From the human T2T-CHM13v2.0 reference genome, Homo sapiens: a stretch of 64,000 bases of DNA. The position numbers were made by a program, and so were the translations under genes. Positions within the stretch are counted from its first letter, which is position 1. Each line of letters begins with the position of its first letter. The stretch is from assembly GCF_009914755.1 (NCBI RefSeq), contig NC_060942.1; one strand, 5' to 3'. The notes below the pieces were generated by a model. The model saw only the letters and a list, made by a program, of their open reading frames with translations. It was not told where the DNA came from and did no database searches. Positions 55,801-64,000 of the stretch are shown one piece after another.

Positions 55801-57099
55801 GGTAATTGGGGAAATTAAGAATGGAAACAAGGAAGTGAGGACTTGGAGCTGGCTGAGAAACATGAGTACTTCATTTATTGCCTTAGAGAGGTCATACTTG
55901 TTTTATATGAGTATGCAATGTCCCTTTGTTGTGTTTAAATCTAGAAACTGTCTTTGCTTGTACTTGTACAGTAAATATGTCAGGACTAGTCACTTACTAA
56001 ACATTCTATAAATTCTTTATAAATATTATGCAAAGTTGCAACACATAGTTGCGAGTAAAAAAATACCTAGACTTGAGGAGAACTAGATCTCATTAATTTG
56101 GTCAAATTAAAAACCAATGGTCATTATGAAATAAGAAAAAAAGGCATTTTAGTACATTTAGGATTAACAATAAATAATTATTCTTCCCTACCTGTTTTCT
56201 GATCTCCTGGGGTTACTGAGGGTTGATGAAAAAATAAACCAACACCAGCAGCATTTACTGAGGTAATACTCTCCTCAGTGAATATTTTACTCAACTACCT
56301 GCCGTGAACACACCCTGATGTTTAGAATTGATTTTTAGCAATATTGCTCATTAGACTAGTACATCAACTCATTCCCTCCCCCATATCTCATCAGAAGCAG
56401 TTCCAATTTATACAAAAGCTACTTGTTTTAGAGTAACTCATCATCCTTTCAGAATCTGAAGTATGTCTCCCCTGGAGAACCATATGACCATTTTATTTAA
56501 TTTTTTTAAAAAAATTGAATTAAATATTGTTTTTCTCCCTCAAAGGAAAACAGGCTTCACAAGTGAAGAATTCCCATCCAAAGAAGCTGTAAGCCCTATA
56601 TCCTGTCAAGAAGTTCATTTGCATACATCCTCTTCTATTCTATTGACACATAAAACTGAGTTTATATTTATCTTCCACTTAAACATTCCTTATTAAATAT
56701 CAATAGCACAGAGGGGTAGGTGAGAACCATTTTCTGTTTTTTATATAATGAGGCCAATTTGGGAACTGAGAAAGAAAGGAAAATCAGGCACAACGAGTTC
56801 ATATGCTGGTGATAACTAATCAAAGCTTGGTGTAGAATCAATTTATTAATAACTCTATTTTGAATACCTTTCACATACAGAGTCATGGGCTAGATGCCAT
56901 GGAGGGGGAGAGGGTAATACAAAGGAAGATTCTGAAATTCAAGATGACCACTGTCTATTTGGGATGGTGTCATAACCATTAGAAAAAGTAATTACACATT
57001 ACAAGATAAATGCAAATTTCAGATGACAAAAAATATTTTAACTATTTGTATACCCAGACCAAAAAGCTAATTCCACAGTGTGTCATTTAAATATGAGGG

Positions 57100-57655
57100 A
57101 AAAAATGCCGGGGCATTGTAAAATTGTATAACACTTACAGAAGGCAATTTAGCATTACATGTCATATATACAAAGACATTTACTCTTTGGCTTTGAAATT
57201 ACTTCTCAAGGTATTCATCCTACAGATATAAAGGCACACAGGCAAGAATGATTCATAAGCAAAACAAGTCCATGTACAGATATTTTATATTTGAAAATAT
57301 CTGAAACAACCCATATGCCCACCAGTTGGGGACTGCTGAACTATATTATGGCACATTCATCTGATGAATTTTGGTAGCTATTCAAAATAATGGGGTAGCT
57401 TTTTATGTATGGATTTAAAAAGATCTTCAATACATATTGGTTAATAAATCAAAAAGCAAAGTATAGAACAAAGAGTACAGTATAATATATAGTGTTTCCT
57501 TATAAAATGTATCAGAGATGTCACATATAAATATGAGCTAGTGAAATAACTTTCAGGAGATATATATGTGTGTATATATGTGTGTGTGTGTATATATATA
57601 TATGTTATAGTTAAATTACTTTCAGGAGATATATATTCATGAGATATATATGTAT

Positions 57656-57701
<46 letters not shown>

Positions 57702-58050
57702 ATATACATCTCCTGAAAGTTACTTCACTAGCCACTGTCTATTTGAGAAGGTGCCAGAGACATTAGAAAATGTAATTATTCATTAAAAGAGAAATGCAAA
57801 TGTCTCTTGTAATACTTACACACATACATATACATACACACATACACGTCTTTCTCTCTTTTACACACACACACACCCCATGTATATGCCTAAAACACAC
57901 TGTAAACTGAGTTTGCCTCTGGGAAGCAGAACAAGGATTAGGGGTAGGGAAGCAATAGAAACTTTAACTGTATATTTTTTGCATATTTATCATTTTGTTT
58001 TGTGGTCTTGTGTGCACATATATTGCCTATTCTAAAATTAATCCAATACA
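57100..58050 (+). mobile_element. L1ME-type 3' relic with embedded TA/CA repeats
   Basis: 'gaaggcaatttagca...gaaacaacccatatgcccaccagttgggga...atggatttaaaaagatcttcaatacatattg'. Confidence 0.7.
57655..57702. repeat. (CA)n microsatellite
   Basis: Long near-perfect CA run. Confidence 0.95.
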
Positions 58051-61000
58051 GAAAATTAGTAAAACAAAACACATGATGATGTGAATTGGTTGAGTATAAC
58101 AGACTCTCTACTGCTGGAAGTCAGTGAAATGTAGGTGTACTTCAAGGCGATACGCTGAGACCTTACTAGAGGAAGAAGCCTACTTCGGGATTGAAGTTGG
58201 AATAGTGATTGAGTGTGGTGTGAAGGTAACTAAGTTTACCCCCATCTCCAGAAAATGAATGAGCTTCTAGTTCCTACCAAATTCACTTTCTAGACTGGTG
58301 GTCTCTCCTCAAGGTCACTCTGAAGGACCTGTAAAAGGAAAACACAAAGACACCCAGGAAATTCTGACAGCACTCAGGGCTGACTGGGTGACCAAGTTAA
58401 GGCAGGTTGGGACACTTTTGAATTGGACTGTGAGGGGTGCTAGTTCTGGCCTAGCGCAGGAGGGTCCTGCACAGCTATAGTAAATAAGATTCTTCAGGAG
58501 TAAAATCTGAGCATCTTGAATTACAATCTATTTACATGCTAAGCAAATTTGCCCCTTCTAGATGCTGCTTCTCTCTCAAAAGCCTCTCAAGTTTAACAAA
58601 ACAGATTGGTAAAGGTGGTGGATTTGTAGTTTTCTGTTGCCTGAAGCTCTTCATCCTACAGCTGATCAATTCTCTCACCTCCACCCTCAGACTCTTTGGG
58701 GCTTCGTAATCTAAAGTCTGGCCATTAACTCTGTAGCTTTATCTGGCACAGTTTTTATCCTTATTATAGGAGAAAGGGCATTCAAATTGGAATGTACAAT
58801 CATCCTTGTTGAGAATCATCTTTCATCCCATATTACTTACTCACATCCATCTATGCTGTAGAAATTGGGGGTGAATCAGGATCCAAACTAAGCAATCCAC
58901 CTGGCTTTGGGACACTGCTCTGTCTCTTGAGTTAGACTCAGAAGAAACTTCTTTCAGAAAAGATGAAGATTTTAATAATCCTGAATTACTCTTCCTCCTT
59001 TCTCCTTCCCCTTTTAGGACTCAGGTGTAATTATTATTTCCTGGATGGGAGTAACACTGAGCAATAAATCTATGTACGTTTAACTGATAACCTGATAACT
59101 TTTCAAAAAAAATGTGTCTTGCTTTGTGAAAGACAAAATGCACCAGACAATCAAGGAGATTATTTTATTCAGGTTCTTGAATATGGAGAGGGGTCATTAA
59201 TGAAAAACAGTTCAAGGAAGAGAAAGAGGGCCTGCACCGTTACAGAGGCAGATAGGTGAGGAAGTGGTTCATGAGTCTTATTGGAGTTATGTGGAAGAAG
59301 GGAGATGGGCCATATCTCAAAATATGTGAGAAGATAATTGTTCTTTGTAGTTAGTTGAACATAAAAAAATAGGGAGTATAGACTCAGGTAAAGTTTGATA
59401 TTGTTGTTTGCTTCCATCTTCAAGCAAACTTCAGTCACACAATTTTCTCAGCTCCTCCAGCTCCAAATGTAGCCTTTGACCCTTTGTTTCCTTGGTTGCC
59501 AACCCCAGTTCTCCATCAACTTTTCTCATTATGACCTGTCTATACATTCCTGATCTAATTCTTCCCTGTATTCCTGCCTATATCATCCAACTCATTCTTA
59601 ATTCTGATTCACTGATATCTTCTTAATGTCCCTAATAACTTTTCTTGTCACTAAGGAACCAATTTCACTACTTAAGCAACTTGAAAGTCTGTCACCTAAA
59701 TGTCCTTTAATGACCAATGTCACTGAGCCTTTCTTGTCTATTTCTATGGTGAAAGAACTTCTTCATCCCTGGAAAAATACTGGCTGGACCTCTTTTTCAT
59801 GGGGTCTGTCCTGAGATGAGAAAAACAATGACAAAATATTATCAGTTATACATGAAAATTGAAAGCCTAACTATCTTCAAATTTTACCAAAGACAGATCA
59901 GGAGGAAATGAATAGGCAGGAAAACAGGAGAGATGTAAGTGATCTAGGTTGAGCAATAACTGTTGACAGGAAAGGGGTTATTATTAAATACTAGGACAGG
60001 TTATTAAGGATGGTTATGAAAAATGCAGAAATGTCCAAGCTACAGGAATTCATCGTCTTAAGAAAGCACAATGTGTACTGATATTTCTTTAATAAAATAT
60101 ATACAAGAGAGGAATATACTTGTTATCCAGAACCTTAACCATCCAGTCACATGATCTTACTTTCCAATTGCATCAATATATCCCTAGATTCAACCCCTGG
60201 ACTGCTTAGAACCAGAGGAAATTAAATTACGAATAGAACTCTAGTCGTAGCTCTGAGACTTTAATTTTCTTCTTTCTTTTTTGTTTTTTACTTTTAAAAA
60301 TATTTTAGGGATATATTTAAACCTTGTTAGTCATTTAAATATAAGAAGAAGTTCAATATTATTGTTGTTGTAATTAAGTGGAACATGTTTTCACTCATTT
60401 TTTTAAAGCAAATTCAGTGCTAACTCAAGGTATCTGCAAAATACCATGCTAACCTCTAAATGTGCCTCTGTTGCCAAAGGTCTTACACATGTCCTGCACA
60501 CATGTGCTTCTGAACATTGATATTCTTATGCAAATAAAATGTATCTACAAGGATGCATATATCTACATTCACAACTAATTATACTCCTAAGTACTCGTCT
60601 TTGTCTTCTATTTATGCATAATTAAATCCCCTTGCTCTTTATCTGCTTCTGTAAGCTTTAACATAGAGATACAGGGAGAAAAAAAAATGAATGACACCCC
60701 ACCCTCACCACACACAACCCACAAACCTGCTGGTTTTAAAGAAAAATCCCTCATTTGCTCCAGTTGTCTATGCCAAGCTTTTTGCAGTGAAACACCCCTA
60801 CAATGTGTTCCAATGGGTTCTCATTTGGGGAAAGAGAATGTTACAGAGAGGCAATGACATTTCCTATGTCTGTTCCTGAGCCATTTTAAAGAGAGTAAAA
60901 TGTGCAGGAAAATGTTCAACTGATTTTATAGCAAAGCATCATGGTGCTGTTATCAGCTTCCTTGCGGGAAATGGTAATGTGTATTCATATAAACACAATG

Positions 61001-62442
61001 GGGTTGAGCATCACCTCATATTCATTCGGATGCCTCCCAGCACCCAGGCAACACACACAAAAATGTCTATTTGCTCCCCGCATCAGCTTTCAGCAACCAA
61101 GCTTCCTCAACCCTACAGGCCCTGCCGCTGCCCAGCAGCTCAACGAGCAATTGAGTCTATCTTTTGCAAGCACATCCTCACTCCCACCATTGACAAGTAT
61201 TACCAGACATTTATTTGATTTTCATTTCTATTTAGAATGTGGGCCTAAAGATAATTGGGCAGCCTTCTTCAAGGTAGTTTTTGTTGTTTGTTTTACTCCA
61301 TAAACACATAAGAGCAATAGTCATTTGTTTTTAAACCAAAATACCAGAGAAAGCAAAACAAATAGAAAACAAAAACAAAGTAAAAAATAACAACCAAGAA
61401 GCAAGCACTATGACACAAGCGCAATGTCAAGAACAGAAAACAGACTCAGATGTCTGGTTAGAACCCCCATTTGGAAATGCAGTGATTTTATGGGGAGATT
61501 AAAAAACAACCAAAAAATCCTTCAAAAACCTATCACTGGGCTGAATATTCAGCCGTGGGTATATGAAGTCAGCTGTCTATGGTGAGTCTGTTTTCAGGCT
61601 GTAATTCTGACTACTGAAAGGCTAGTTCTGGCTCTCCAGCTAGCAAGTCAATCTGAGCAATAAATACTAATTGAATGTAAAGACTAATGTTAGCCACTGT
61701 GACTTTTCCTGAACAAAATGCCACGGTTCACAAAATGGGAATAGCTATATCTGACCTAACTTCTACTGGGAATTTTGGAGAAATTAGTAGAAGATGGAAA
61801 GAAAATTCAGGAAGGATCCATAACCAAATAAGCATCTAAGATAGGTATTGGAGCATAACAGTTTGATATATTGAAGAGGAGGATAAAGTTATGTTCAGAG
61901 AGAAAGAGGCAAGAAATATCTTAGCATATTCAATCTATCACCATTTTAAACGCAGGCACACAAGAATAAAAGGGCAAAGGAAAGAAAGGTGGAGAACAAC
62001 ATTATACAGTTTGAGGATCTTGAATAGCAGAGAAAGTAGAAGTTTAGATTATATCCTTGATGACAAGAAACCAATGAATGAATATATTTCAGTATTTCAC
62101 TTCTCATTCCAAGAAGGGTGTTTCTTAGGTTGTATCTCTACCACAGTGATACTTAGGAAGAAATGCAATTTTCAGAGGCAAAGTCATGGCCTAAATATCC
62201 CTGATCTTTTCACTTTCTTTAAAAGGTGAAAATTAAGTTAATTTTTACATCAAGTGAAGTCATGCAGGAAGAAATCTCAGCCAAGATGATTTAAAAATTA
62301 TATGGGAAGAAGGGGAGAACAATTTCCCTTCGTGCTGGTGTAACGAGGCTGGTGATCAGGGGCCGGTTTTATGAACACAAGTCCCAGATCTTTAGGATTA
62401 CTCTGGTTAACCAATTGATGGCCTCTGAAGTTAGCACCCCGG

Positions 62443-62758
62443 TGTTGTAGGACTTTTCCTTAGTTTAGCTAAAAATGGAGTTCTTGTCCGTCCCACAGCC
62501 ACAAAAATTTAGGCTCACAGACCCTGTAAAGGGTGAGTAAAGCAGGGTTTTATTGTGTGAAAAGGGGAAAAAAGGGGAAACAGGGATCCCTCACAAGGCC
62601 TGAGTCCCCTGCTAGAGCGCCTCCTACCCGCCATTTGAATCCCAGGTTCCACACAGGAAGAGCAGGGGCCAGGCTCCTCCCTACTGCAAATGTAGTGAAC
62701 TTCCTGGGGCTCCACCTCAGTGGGCAGGCTGGTTGGAGTTTCTCCAGGGACTCTCTCA
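62443..62758 (-). mobile_element. MER61-type ERV1 3' LTR
   Basis: Reverse strand starts tgagagagtccctggagaaactccaaccagcc and ends agctaaactaaggaaaagtcctacaaca; AATAAA on the minus strand; PPT agagggggaa immediately upstream (62759-62768). Confidence 0.8.
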
Positions 62759-64000
62759 TTCCCCCTCTAAAGAAGTTCATCTAACTGCCATTAGATTAAG
62801 GATAAGGAAGAACACCAACTTTAACTGCTTCCTGCTGACAGGGGGCACTGTTTTGGGGAAACGGCAGAGTTCCCTTAGAGGCCTATCTAAGGGTTCCCAG
62901 CAGAAGGGGTCATTGTCAGATGCTCCATTGTGTGACTGTTTGGAGTTTGATGGCCTGAAGGCAAGAAGAGACAAACCAGGTTATTAGAAAACAAGTATCA
63001 AAATGAAACAAGGGGAAGGGTAAGGACAGCTCAAAGATCCCGAGGCCTTTTACCAGTTTGCAGAGGGAGAGGGAGGCCAAAAGCCTGACTGGTAAAAAAA
63101 ACTTTTACCCTTTTGCCGGCATGTTGGGCTTTTGGGCTCTCTTCCCCTGGGCCCAATCTTAAGCCAACAAGTTTAGGGTTTGGGAAATTAACTCTTTTCA
63201 GTTTGGAAGATGCATCTGAAGAGAGTATGTTCATAGTACGGAGACACAATTACCTATCAGTGAAGAGGGGACCGAGGAGGAGAAAGGAATAAAAAGAAGG
63301 CATTTTTTCAAAGAAGTCCCAGGGTTTCAGGATGCATTCTAAAGGGGTACAGACTGAAAATGAATGGCTACACATCTAGAAAGAGGGGAGCAGGCATCCC
63401 TGGTTCCCTTCTCTTTGTAACAGATATCCAGGGGTAAGTGAGGGACAGAGAGAAAAGCATCCTCTTTCCCTCTTCCATCCTCACATCCCCAAGTTCCAGT
63501 GACCTTGGCAGGTGCTGCCATGAATTGCAAAGCAGCTTGCGCTCATGAAGCAAGGGGGCCAAGGGGGTGGCAATCATCCACTCCTTCCCACATATGCCCT
63601 AACTCCCCTGCTGTCAGTAGCCTTGGTTTCCCTAGACCTCATTTATGCCGTGGATACTAACATGGCCTTTATCTATGAAACAGGAAGCTTGGGGTTGACT
63701 TAATCAGCAGGAATCAGCCACACTCACCTGTGCTGTGCCTTTTAACCTCTGTTGTCATTTGCCTCTGGATCCGTCAGATCCAGTATTTTTTCCTAGGACT
63801 TTGACCCAAAGCTTGGAATTGAGTCTGGAACAAAAATGTATCTCGAGGGGTTGCATGGACTGCTTATCATAAGCCAAATGCTAAGGTGAAACTGAAACTG
63901 AGTCCTCTACCAACAAGGGAGAGAAAATGATGTCATGTGACACACCCAGATAACTTGGAGCTATAGTTATGCTTGCTAGGATTTGGGTGCATGGTGCTTG
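62759..64000 (-). mobile_element. ERV1 internal region (MER61-int/MER4-group) with env-tail remnant; continues past the window edge
   Basis: Minus-strand SSCLQAIKLQT, EPLDRPL and cagcaggaagcagttaa resemble class I ERV env C-termini; adjoins the PPT. Confidence 0.75.

Noticed and set aside
60941-61303. 120-aa ORF in unique-looking sequence
   Set aside because: No domain similarity or convincing splice structure; may be non-coding conserved DNA but cannot be supported here
61539-61554. Perfect 16-bp palindrome ggctgaatattcagcc
   Set aside because: About one such palindrome is expected by chance in 64 kb (64000/4^8)
62443-62758. p53 response element, since MER61 LTRs are known p53-site carriers
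   Set aside because: No paired RRRCWWGYYY half-sites are visible in this copy

Overview
AT-rich, repeat-dense primate DNA, very probably human given an AluYa-lineage element. It looks intergenic or deep-intronic. I cannot support any protein-coding gene, RNA gene or CpG island. The listed ORFs that I can explain come from Alu, L1, LTR or microsatellite sequence; the rest look like chance ORFs. Main contents: six Alus plus FLAM and FAM monomers and a young AluYa5-like copy; a 5'UTR-bearing L1PA (20.2-25.8 kb) missing its RT core; a long ancient L1M (29.6-36.7 kb) with nested insertions; a two-LTR MST (MaLR) element; solo MSTA, MLT1, MER74 and MER21 LTRs; a MER61-type ERV1 at the right edge; Tigger2a, MER58A, MER45A and MER91 DNA transposons; and many MIR/L2 relics. 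I found no evidence of a new biological system. The best leads are a perfect 186-bp tandem duplication inside an ancient L1, a candidate L1PB 3' transduction, a probable RTE-clade reverse-transcriptase relic, a fold-back inverted duplication, and a few motif-rich candidate regulatory or first-exon segments. Repeat-family calls come from recalled consensus sequences, not from a search. Boundaries of old elements are approximate.
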